DNA of 62,413 bases, the filler included, from Squatina squatina (lineage: Eukaryota): NCBI GenBank assembly GCA_031763465.1. It is 4 parts of 3 records of this genome, joined end to end, with 100 filler letters (N's around TTAATTAATTAA, not from the genome) between each part and the next. Parts side by side here need not be neighbours in the genome. Positions count along the whole stretch, not along the records: positions 22,536 to 37,419 come from JARFOE010000001.1; 3 more parts are not named here. One strand, 5' to 3'. The notes under the pieces were generated by a model. That model worked only from the letters and a program-made list of their open reading frames with translations. It ran no database searches and was not told the DNA's origin. The position numbers and the translations under genes are program-made. Shown here piece after piece: positions 26,051 through 37,519 of the stretch. Position 1 is the first letter of the stretch. Each line of letters starts with the position of its first letter.

Positions 26051-26951
26051 AAACAACAATAACAACAATTTGCATTAATATAGCATCTTTAACATGGTAA
26101 AATGTCCAAAGGTGCTTCACAGGAGCATTATCATAAAACAAAATTTGACACCAGGCTACTTANNNNNNNNNNNNNNNNNNNNNNNNNNNNNNNNNNNNNN
26201 NNNNNNNNNNNNNNNNNNNNNNNNNNNNNNNNNNNNNNNNNNNNNNNNNNNNNNNNNNNNNNAAAACAGAGCATGAATTAATGCTGACAGCTATGGCAGA
26301 TGGCAGGAAGCTGTCCCCATTTCTAAAGCTGAAATGAAAAGACACTGAGGATAAAATTCCACCTGGCATACACATACAGTCCCAGAAAATAGCTGGCCGA
26401 CAAGAGGATTTAATGCAGAACTGTGTGGAATCAAAGGCCAGGTACTATATAAACGTGGTCTATTTATGATGTATGCTTTCTGTGATCATTTAAAATTAGC
26501 TGTTTAGTGGCTCATTTGTCAATGTAACACTGATTTGGCCAAAATACCAGGAGGGATGACCGTCCAAATGCAAGCCGTACACATGATTTGTAAACAAACC
26601 ATTCAAGCATGCTTTGTGAAGCAAGTACCACAATTGGGTTTACAAGGGCAATGAAATCGACACCAGCAGACTGTGCAGAATCTTGGAATGCTTTAGATGG
26701 TGCAGTGGATACTGGGCATGGCAACAGATCAAACTGGACTGAAATGTTCAAGGATTTAAAAAACTTTGTACCTTCAGCAACATGTCTATTTAATGATGAA
26801 AATAATCATCTGTCTAGCACCGCAAGAATGAGTAAGGCAAGAAACATATGGTTAGCCTTTGTTTTATAATAACAAGGTACTCACTGGTTGTTGCACAGGG
26901 GGTATTGTATTGTTTGTTTTGTGTTGTGCTTTTTAATCGATAGATACTTAC

Positions 26952-27095
26952 GTTTTGAGCAATCACCACCACTCTAACCAGGCTTACAACCTTCTGTACA
27001 ATTCCCTGTGATATGATTACATTCAGTAGAACCATAACAATTTCTTTCATTACAGGATTTACTACCGTTCATACCATACATAGTCGTAGAGCACG
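26952..27095 (-). pseudogene. Isolated EGF/laminin-type cysteine-repeat exon (MEGF10/SCARF-like, invertebrate style) with in-frame stop
   Basis: Minus strand acag|CG...AAAC|gtaagt, 144 nt, phase 1-1. Translation CSTTMYGMNGSKSCNERNCYGSTECNHITGNCTEGCKPG*SGGDCSK. Confidence 0.75.
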
Positions 27096-29801
27096 CTGTN
27101 NNNNNNNNNNNNNNNNNNNNNNNNNNNNNNNNNNNNNNNNNNNNNNNNNNNNNNNNNNNNNNNNNNNNNNNNNNNNNNNNNNNNNNNNNNNNNNNNNNNG
27201 GCTAAGACCAGGGCACAGTCAGCTATAATTGCCTTTCTCATTCAGAGCCGCAGAATATTCATCACCTCCATATCATGTGCTTGTGTTTGCTAGGCAAAGG
27301 TCTAACTTACTGTGTTCTTCTGACTGCAATGACTTGAATGAGGCTGTGACAGCTGTTTATATTACTTGTGTTAAGAAATAAATGTCACAGATGCGCCTGG
27401 AACTGGTAGTACCCCTGAAACTTTCCTCTTTACTCTTGCTTTAATGGATTTATAAATGCGTTTACAAACAGCAGCCCTGAAGGTCCGATTGAGAATCCTG
27501 TGTAGAAATACTAATGTGTTCCTGCTCCTCAAGGGCTTTTACTGTCGTTAAGCAATCTTTTGAGATCTGTAATAACATTTCTGTCAGAATAAATTAAAGA
27601 TACAAGCAGATCTCCCATACAATTGATTATGGATAGTCTGGGGCCTGGGATATTGTGATGTTTAGCTGCTAACCCGACCTGTCTTTTTAAGGGTAGTGCT
27701 CATGTACTCTCTGTTAGAATCCATATAATTGCAGCTGTAAATTCCTGACAGGAATTAGAGGTCAGTAAATTGCTTGTAAATTTCAGGCTCTAGGTCAGGA
27801 AAAACCCATCATGAAATCCCTGGCATTCTTTCTCTCTTTTTAAGATTGTTTTACATCTGTAACAAAGTGTGACATCTGGAGTGTGACAACGGAATGCTAG
27901 ATGAAAGACATTTTATGGCCCTGAAAATCCACGAGCACAGCATCTCAGAGTAACGCAGGGTCAGGAGAAGATTTTCTAATTTTATTACAGGGGCCAGGGC
28001 CCCACAAAATTAGGAGCACATCCAGGTGCCCGCTATTGGGCGAAGACCAAAATGTGGCACTGGCTGTCCACTCTTACAAAGTGCCAGTCAACGCCCTTCC
28101 TCCATGTCCATACTGCCCCATCAGCCCCTTGAACATTTTTTTTAAATCTTCAGGGTTCCATTCACGACTCAAACTTAGATCCCCAGGTGGGTTCTGTAAA
28201 TGCTGGTTGGCAAGCCAATGTGCCTGCTTTCACTGGGCATACTGTCACACTGGCAGATTCTCAGGACAGGGACAAAGCAACTCCCAGCCTGGGAGTCCCC
28301 TCCCCTAGCCATGACCACTCCCCTAGCCATGTCCCCTATGATGCAAGTGACCTTGTATGGNNNNNNNNNNNNNNNNNNNNNNNNNNNNNNNNNNNNNNNN
28401 NNNNNNNNNNNNNNNNNNNNNNNNNNNNNNNNNNNNNNNNNNNNNNNNNNNNNNNNNNNNCTAAGGTTAGGGATTAAACGAGAGAGTTACCTGGTCTGTA
28501 ATGATTTACTACCATACCATACAGTGCAGTGACACACTAAGCCACTGGGAGAGCTAAATTTGGATTTTTTAAATGTTTTTTTTCCCCAGTGGTGATAATG
28601 GACATTTTGTTGACCTCACAGGATACTAGATTCAATGACATTGGACCTCACAATAGCCCACCCAAAATTGGATCAAGTACCTAATCTTAAACAGATAGTC
28701 TGGTACTGTAAATATACTATTACATATTGCAATACTCTCAGCTGCTATTTGTTACCAAAAAAAAAGCTTTCACATTTCCAGATCAAGCTCAGTTTGGATC
28801 TATTGCTCAAAACTAAATTTGATCTTGCAGCCTGTTTGGACAGCAGCATGTCCCTGAAGTAGGAAGATTGTTGGACTGTATCAGATTTCTGTCTCACACC
28901 TGCCTTGTTGTATGTGGATGTACAAAAAAAAACTCAGAATGGATTCCAATCAGATTGGATTCAGATCTATGTGATCTCCAGCTGCTTTAAAAGCTCTGCT
29001 TCGCCGCAACATCCGTTTGGAACATTTTAACAACTCAGAGCAACCAAGACTATTACCAATGGCAACAGTATCATTTCATCTACAGCACTGTTTTCTTCAA
29101 ATCTGGGCTGATGGATGTGTCCAGAAACTGAGGCGATGCGATCAAAACTCAAGGATGATGCCATCTCCCAGATATGTTTACAAAACCAAATCATACAGAT
29201 TTATAGTTGGGNNNNNNNNNNTTTTGGTCTTTAGTAACAGATAATGGATTAACTGATTTAAGATAATTTACCATGGAACTTTATGAAAATCATATCTGAT
29301 GTTCACAGGACCATAAAAAAATGTTGGAAAGAAAAGGCCACTTATCCAAACCAGTTCACTCCATTGTAAGTCTTCATACAGGAGACGAACACTCCATTTT
29401 TATCTCCATTTTTGCTGCCAGACTCTGAGATTTTTCATATTTCCTTTATATTTTTAAAATTTGGATGTGTTGATGAATTGTTGCATTTGTGAAAGAGTTT
29501 GGCAATTGAGCAATTTTTAAACTGTTGGCACCCAATATCAACATTATGTATCACAGCTGTACAAAGAATAAAGTTCCTCTATTCTGTGCTATGGAGCTGG
29601 TTGAGCCACAGNNNNNNNNNNNNNNNNNNNNNNNNNNNNNNNNNNNNNNNNNNNNNNNNNNNNNNNNNNNNNNNNNNNNNNNNNNNNNNNNNNNNNNNNN
29701 NNNNNNNNNNNGAGCTGTGAAAGCTGCCCTGCAATATAAATAAGGTGGGTTCACAGCACAAGGAGCTTCTTTTTGTATTTGTGAAGTGACTCAATCAACA
29801 A

Positions 29802-30010
29802 ACAACAACTTGCACTTATATAGCACCTTGAACATAGTAAATCACCCAAGGCACTTCACAGGAGTATTATGAAACAAAAATTGGCTCCGAAGAGACCTTC
29901 GGACAGATGAGCAAATGCTAGTCAAAAATGTAGGTTTTAAGGAGAAGAGAGAGGTAAAGAGGTTTAGGAAGAGAGTTCCAGAGCTTAGGGCCTAGGCAAC
30001 TGAAGGCACA
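29802..30010 (-). mobile_element. L2 LINE 3' end
   Basis: acaacaacttgcacttatatagcacc is the reverse complement of the L2 tail. Similar copies at 8095-8186, 26052-26160, 48300-48375 (+), 51815-51880 and 62360-62413. Confidence 0.75.
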
Positions 30011-31836
30011 GGTGTGGGAAGCTTTTGTAGTTTAGTCATTTATCTTGGGCAATTTATCAGTAAGTATATTAAGCAGAGTGCAAAGATGTCATTGCATCAA
30101 CAGCAATAGATATATTTTCTAATTGATTCTGTAACATTGTTTCCACTTTGCCGATTCACTGTCTGAGCTATTTTCGCTCTCTTTCTAGTGTCTTTTCACT
30201 ACATGATTGTGAGTTTTGAATATCATCAAACACTATTTTACCTTTTTGCAGTGAGTTTTATAACCAAAAGCTATTCACGGTGAACGTAAGCCAATGTTAA
30301 AGAATATTTTCTTTGTTAAGTCCATGCTGTAAGCAAGGTATCTGAGCTTTTGTTGCAGTTGAAACTTTCCTATGATGGTCAAAATGGCAACATATGGCTG
30401 CATTTTTGGAGTGGCTGTGTCTGGTCTGAAAACTCCTGGAGGCAACACCTTCAGTATTTAATTTGTGTTTTGGTGCTATGTTTAATGATGCTTAATGGAA
30501 GTGCAATGTGATCTCTCTCTCCTCCTGTCCACCACAAAAATAGAAAGGATTCAGAACAAAACATAGCTTCTTAAATAATCACTCAATCTGAGAGAACACC
30601 TATCTGGCATTAGAAATATGAAACTAGCCCATGTTTGAACTTAAGATGATAACTTGGGGTTCTTGTTAATTTGCATTTGAATGGAAATGATATCTTGGGG
30701 GGCGGGTGGTGTGGGGGGTTGGTGTGTGGGGGGCACTCCACCNNNNNNNNNNGGCCCCAAGCCACCTAATTTAAATAGGTGCTGTCTTCTTTAAACCAGG
30801 AATGATTTTGGTCATGACACCTGCAAGCAATGTGATGTGTTTGAGTTATTATATCTGAGTGCTCGGTAAAGAAACAGTGTTTGGATAAACGTTGCCCTTT
30901 TAGCAATGATGATTCCTGTTGTTTCTGCATTTGACAGGGAAACAGCATTCATTGCATATGCTGTCTTGATAACTTTCTGGAAACCCTTTATTGACATTGC
31001 TGAATGATATTGAATTATTGTGCATTTGTTTATCCTTCATCACGTTCTCAGAATATAAGACAGATGTTGTCAGAATGTAAGACAAGTGTTGAATGGAATT
31101 ACTGTGCACTATAATCAGCTTTCATTTTTTTGGATGCTAATATTTTTTATCCTAAAGGAGCGATATGTGCAGATTTGTCAACTAGTGTTACCAGTTCAAA
31201 TGTGCCAAAAATCAACTGGTTGGTGTGTTTACTCTCTTTGATTAAACACTCCAAGGATGCCATAAATCTTTTTGTTTAAGTACATTTGTATCTAGTTATG
31301 CAAATTGAGTGTGTAATTTTTATAGGCTCCCTAGCACAGATGTGATTATACAGAGTGTGTACTATTTATTCCAGTTCCTTAAATAAAAAGTGTCACCTCA
31401 TACTATGATGCAGTTTAAAATATCATTGAAGAAAAAAAATAGTAGTTTGAAGTTGTCTTAACCTGTGAAGTCCATGTAGGGTTACGAGCTCTTTGACCCC
31501 TTCATGGGAACCATGCCTTAACTTGTACTGTAATGTACAGCACTGAGCATACACTTTCTCTGGAACTGATTATATGAAGAAAATCAACCTTGCAATAAAA
31601 ATGTTCTCTTGTTCGAACATAAGGACATGGAAGTTTAAGTTAGATCAGCCCTGCTCTCCGTGTACTCCCCTAAATCCTTCCACTTTGCTACATCTACCCA
31701 CACTTTTAAAGTCTTTTCAAACACCTTTTCAAATGTGCATTTAATTCTCTCTCCTCATGTTTTTTACTTGACATCTGTTTCTCCTGTGTGAAATGCCATG
31801 GGAAGCTGGCCCAGATTTTGTGGTCAGCCAATCATT

Positions 31837-31944
31837 ACATAGAAACATAGAAAATAGGAACAGGAGTAGGCCATTCGGCCATTCGAGCCAGCTCCGCCAT
31901 TCAATATGATCATGGCTGATCATCCAAATTCAGTACCCTGTTCC
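31837..31944 (-). mobile_element. CR1-type LINE 3' end with (TTTCTATG)n tail
   Basis: acatagaaacatagaaaataggaacaggagtaggccattcggcc. Confidence 0.85.
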
Positions 31945-34206
31945 NNNNNNNNNNNNNNNNNNNNNNNNNNNNNNNNNNNNNNNNNNNNNNNNNNNNNNNN
32001 NNNNNNNNNNNNNNNNNNNNNNNNNNNNNNNNNNNNNNNNNNNNAGAGCAATTCAGCATGCACTATCCAGGCTTAAATGGGAAAAATAGTTACTTGGCAA
32101 ATGCTGCCAGCATCTGTGGACTTGTTTTGCAGCATGAGTCACCACTTTAAGAAGAGGGAAGAAAACTGATGTAAGAGAGAATGTAATCCTGTTAGATTAA
32201 CGTGTGTCATAGAAGCAATTTACTTTGCTTCAACTTGCCGATGTACACTGCATCTGCAGATAAAGTCTGCATTTTTATCTCTTAGTCCAGTAGAACATCT
32301 CAGTCTTTTCTGGATCTTAAGCCTGATTACATTTTGTACAGTATACTATGCCTTTCCCTGGTTTGTCCGCCCTTTTTAGACAGCCCCGCACAATATCTTA
32401 ATCAAACTATGTTGGTTTTATATCTTTCTGAGGTGCTGCTGATAGCTTAAATTTTGTTTTTTCCTTAATGAATATAAGAAAACAGACGGGAAGGGCAAGA
32501 GGATGCGGGGACCATTTAGGATTGTAAACTGTATTCATGTGATTGGATTTGTTTTTTGGAGGATGTAGGGGAGTGAGTCCCTTGTGGGATGTGTGCCTTG
32601 CCCTGGAGTATTGTGTGACTGAAAACATTCCTTTGAAAACCAAGTGCCTCAAAGGGAAGTCAGGAAATGCATTTGAGTCAGCATTGTTTATGGAGAAGCA
32701 GAGGAAATTAATAAATCAAGGAAGCCAGCACACGAGTTCCTTTTGAATATAGAAAATGACGTCTTTAATTAAAAAAATTTGAACAATGATGTCGGAGGCA
32801 AAGCTGCAGGGTCACAGACTTGTAAGTTATGACTGTGGCATGCCATGGTGTGCTGAGCTGCACAAAACCATGGGAACTCTACTGAAATGAAGAGATGTTT
32901 ATCAAAATAAAGCACTTATTTGCCTTCAGGCACTCTGTAAGGGATATTGGTTAAAGAGAAGTATCCTGCTTCCTATAGTAAATATGACTGTCCAGTAATG
33001 AAGGAAATATTTTTGGACTCATGAGAAAGGTTCTCATTCTCTTTACAGACCTGGGGTCTGAAGTGAGACAAAGAGCTATAGACAATAATATTTGGCATAT
33101 AAGTCAAGCAAACCTCAAGGTGTGACTTCTACAATGTTGCAAGCAATTATTTTATAGCTCAGCTACCCAGCAACTTTAATCCCAGTGGAACATAGCCCGT
33201 GCATTGGTTTTTAGGGCAACAATCACAGGGATTAGAAATTTCCCATCAAATACCTTCAAGGGTTTCGCGATTTTAATTTTAATTGTGCTGTAATATGTCC
33301 ATCCTTGGTGTGAATAGTACCAGGCTGTTGATGTCATGAAGTATACTGTTCGTTGACAATTCTACCGGCAGCTGCTGAAAGTGTGCATTTATAAAACATA
33401 AATAAATTGGAGCTTAAACTACTCACAGGGTCTAACATTATCTGAACCCTGGATTAGGTCGATACACTGACTGTTAAGTTCTGAATTTATCATTACATGC
33501 TCTACTGCAGGGTAGCGCACATATTGTAAAAATAAACATCTTGGCAAAAGACTCCCATTCTATTGCAGGATTTTGTACAGCTAATGTTGGCATTGCAATA
33601 TAAACGCAGACCTCCAGTGATGCTGTCATTGATCTTGCTCATCTCTGAACAATGTAGATGCCAGTATTGNNNNNNNNNNNNNNNNNNNNNNNNNNNNNNN
33701 NNNNNNNNNNNNNNNNNNNNNNNNNNNNNNNNNNNNNNNNNNNNNNNNNNNNNNNNNNNNNNNNNNNNNAGGGATATGTTTGCCTCCTCTTAGCACAGAT
33801 ATTCACCTGTCCTCTTTTTGACTTCTTGCTGGGTATAGTCCTACAGGCAATTGGCATCCTTCCCTACCTTGCCTGAGTTCCCATTATTCATTTGCGAAGC
33901 TAGATCGTGAATGTTGGTGTGGCAGGGGCAGATACTTGATTGGAGGTTTAAACATCGAGCTGTGGGAAAGATACACACAAATTTGGGAAGAGATAATTTT
34001 CAAAAACTTTGGAGAGGAAAGGGAAATTGCACATGGGGCAGTGATTTGCAAGGACAAAGGGGTCAAGGTTTATACAGTCGGTATTGTACTTAAGTACATC
34101 AAGAAATGTAAGAGTGTTTTATGAAAGAGGCAGCCAAAGCCTTAATAAACCTCTGCTTATGGTAGTCTTTAATCACATTATTTAATAGCAATATTTTTTC
34201 TTGCAG

Positions 34207-37200
34207 GCTTCCGAAAAATTAGCTTGGATGATCTGCGTAAAGCCTACATTGTAAAAGACGTTCAGCAGTATATCCTATATCGTCTGGACCAGGAGGAAGC
34301 ATTGAGACAGCATCTGACGAAAGAAACAGCTGAAATGCTGAACCAGCTCCATATTAAAAGTAGTGGCTGTTTCCTTTATCTTGAACGTGTCCTTGATGGA
34401 GTGGTGGAAAGTTTTATTATGNNNNNNGAGATTAGGGATATTCCAGGAACGCTAAATGGACTCTATCTCTGGCTTTGTCAGAGACTCTTCGTACGAAAAC
34501 AATTTGCAAAAGTGCAGCCGGTTCTAAATGTAATTTTGGCTGCTTGTAGGCCATTGACTATTTTGGAACTGTATCATGCAGTCTGGACAAAAAATATGAC
34601 CATGACGATTGAAGAATTTCAGCGGAAATTAGATATATTATCAAAGGTTCTTGTAGATGGCTTGGGAAGCACTAAAATTCTGTTTCATTACAGTTTTGCA
34701 GAGTGGTTGCTTGATGTGAAGCACTGCACACAGAAATACTTGTGTAATGCAGCAGAGGGCCACAGGATGCTGGCTATGAGTTACACATGCCGTGCAAAAG
34801 AGCTCTCCCCTTTGGAGGTACAGGAGTTTGCACTGCACCTGCTTAATTCCAACTTGCAGCTGGAGCCACATCACTTGGCTTTGTGGATGATCTGGAACAG
34901 CACGCCTGTGAAAGGAGCTTTGTCGACAATGATTCCTAAAGAGCAGGAAATACTACAGCTTTTAGTAAAAGCAGGAGCTCATGTGAACAGCGACGATGAC
35001 CGCACGTCATGTATTGTACGGCAGGCGCTGGAGAGGGAGGACTCCATTCGAACTCTACTAGATAATGGTGCTTCTGTTAACCAGAGTGACTCTAATGGAA
35101 GAACATTGTTGGGTAGTGCAGCCTACAGTGGCAATTTGGATGTAGTTAACCTACTGATATCTAGGGACGCTGATCTGGAAATTGAAGATAACCATGGGCA
35201 GACGGCACTTACACTTGCTGCAAGGCAGGGTCATACCAAGGTTGTTAATTGCCTCATTGGACATGGTGCTAACATAAATCATACTGACCAAGATGGCTNN
35301 NNNNNNNNNNNNNNNNNNNNNNNNNNNNNNNNNNNNNNNNNNNNNNNNNNNNNNNNNNNNNNNNNNNNNNNNNNNNNNNNNNNNNNNNNNNNNNNNNNNN
35401 NNNNNNNNNNNNNNNNNNNNNNNNNNNNNNNNNNNNNNNNNNNNNNNNNNNNNNNNNNNNNNNNNNNNNNNNNNNNNNNNNNNNNNNNNNNNNNNNNNNN
35501 NNNNNNNNNNNNNNNNNNNNNNNNNNNNNNNNNNNNNNNNNNNNNNNNNNNNNNNNNNNNNNNNNNNNNNNNNNNNNNNNNNNNNNNNNNNNNNNNNNNN
35601 NNNNNNNNNNNNNNNNNNNNNNNNNNNNNNNNNNNNNNNNNNNNNNNNNNNNNNNNNNNNNNNNNNNNNNNNNNNNNNNNNNNNNNNNNNNNNNNNNNNN
35701 NNNNNNNNNNNNNNNNNNNNNNNNNNNNNNNNNNNNNNNNNNNNNNNNNNNNNNNNNNNNNNNNNNNNNNNNNNNNNNNNNNNNNNNNNNNNNNNNNNNN
35801 NNNNNNNNNNNNNNNNNNNNNNNNNGCCGCATCCATGGGCCATGCATCTGTTGTAAATACCTCGTTGTTTTGGGGTGCAGCTGTAGATACCATTGATAGT
35901 GAAGGAAGAACAGTATTGAGTATAGCCTCAGCACAAGGGAATGTAGAAGTGGTGCGTACTCTGCTGGACAGAGGACTGGATGAGAATCATAGGGATGATG
36001 CTGGTTGGACTCCATTGCATATGTCAGCATTTGAAGGTCACCGACTAGTATGTGAAGCACTTATTGAACAAGGTGCTAGAACTAATGAGGTGGACAACGA
36101 TGGTCGAATCCCTTTAATACTGGCAGGTCAGGAGGGCCATTATGACTGTGTGCAGGTTATGCTTGAAAACAAATCAAATGTGGATCAGAGAGGCTATGAT
36201 GGTAGGAATGCATTACGTGTTGCATCATTAGAAGGTCATCGAGATATCGTTGAACTGCTGTTGAGCCATGGTGCTGATGTGAATTGCAAGGATGCTGACA
36301 GCCGGCCAACACTGTATATCCTGGCACTTGAAAATCAACTAGCAATGGCTGAGTATTTNNNNNNNNNNNNNNNNNNNNNNNNNNNNNNNNNNNNNNNNNN
36401 NNNNNNNNNNNNNNNNNNNNNNNNNNNNNNNNNNNNNNNNNNNNNNNNNNNNNNNNNNNNNNNNNNTCATGCTGATGTCAATTCCGCTGACAATGAGACG
36501 CGATCAGCTTTGCAGTCTACTGCATGGCAAGGGCACATGAAGGTTGTACAGTTGCTAATTGACCACGGAGCATTGGTAGATCACACATGCAACCAGGGTG
36601 CTACTGCTCTTTGCATTGCAGCCCAGGAAGGGCACGTGGATGTTGTTCGGACATTGCTGGAACATGGTGCTGATCCGAATCACGCAGACCAATTTGGGCG
36701 CACTGCAATGAGAGTTGCAGCAAAAGGTGGCCACACGCAGATTATAAAGTTATTGGAAAAGTATGGGGCCTCCAGTCTAAATGGATGTAGCCCTTCTCCA
36801 GTTCACACAATGGAACAGGCAGCCCCTCAGTCTGTCACTGTGAAAATGCAGTCCTTGACAATTAAATCAAATAGCTCTGGTAGCACCGGTGGAGATCTGC
36901 AGTCTGCTACACGTGGTTTCTCTAATGGCCCTCAACACCCTTTCAGTTCACCCTCTGAGTCTCCAGATTCAACAGTTGATCGGCAGAAGTCCTCATTGTC
37001 CAACAATTCACTAAAAAGTTCCAAAAACTCCTCTCTCCGCACAACATCGTCCACAGCAACAGCCCAGACTGTACCTATGGACAGTTTTCATGGCATGTCC
37101 TTCACGGAACAGATACAGCAGCATTCTTTGCCACGCAGTCGAAGCAGGCAGTCTATTGTATCTCCGTCATCTACTACACGTTCCATAGGACAATATGCTG

Positions 37201-37419
37201 GTTCTCCAACTAGTGAATATGAATGGGGACAAATGAAGCCCAATGTGAGATCTAGTAAAAGTAGCAAAACTGGACACATTGAACCCAGTGAAGGTTCCAC
37301 CAAAACTGGTTCATCTGGGAAGAGATCAGCCCAGAACAAGCAAAACAGCTCCTCTCAGCCAAAAGTTTTGGAATATGAAATGACACAACTGGACAAACGA
37401 ACAGCCATAAATAAAATGG
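34207..37419 (+). CDS. ANKRD50: Ankyrin repeat domain-containing protein 50, large coding exon (partial; 3' end cut by scaffold spacer, three internal N gaps)
   Basis: Acceptor tttttcttgcag|G at 34206/34207. Frame reads (G)[64 protein letters not shown]..., then multiple ankyrin repeats (GRTxLxxAA..GH..VV..LL..GA) and a Ser-rich tail ...[13 protein letters not shown]. Near-identical to human ANKRD50 as recalled. The ORF-track start (TTG 34224) and end (LIN*, from the linker) are artefacts. Confidence 0.97.
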
Positions 37420-37519
37420 NNNNNNNNNNNNNNNNNNNNNNNNNNNNNNNNNNNNNNNNNNNNTTAATTAATTAANNNNNNNNNNNNNNNNNNNNNNNNN
37501 NNNNNNNNNNNNNNNNNNN
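37420..37519. other. Artificial scaffold-concatenation spacer
   Basis: TTAATTAATTAA at 37464-37475 flanked by 44 N on each side. Truncates ANKRD50. Confidence 0.97.

Noticed and set aside
34641-37339. Minus-strand ORFs overlapping ANKRD50
   Set aside because: Antisense shadows of the real exon, or ORFs inflated by N runs.
37420-37475. ANKRD50 appearing to end with LIN*
   Set aside because: These residues and the stop come from the linker. The true C-terminus is outside the scaffold.
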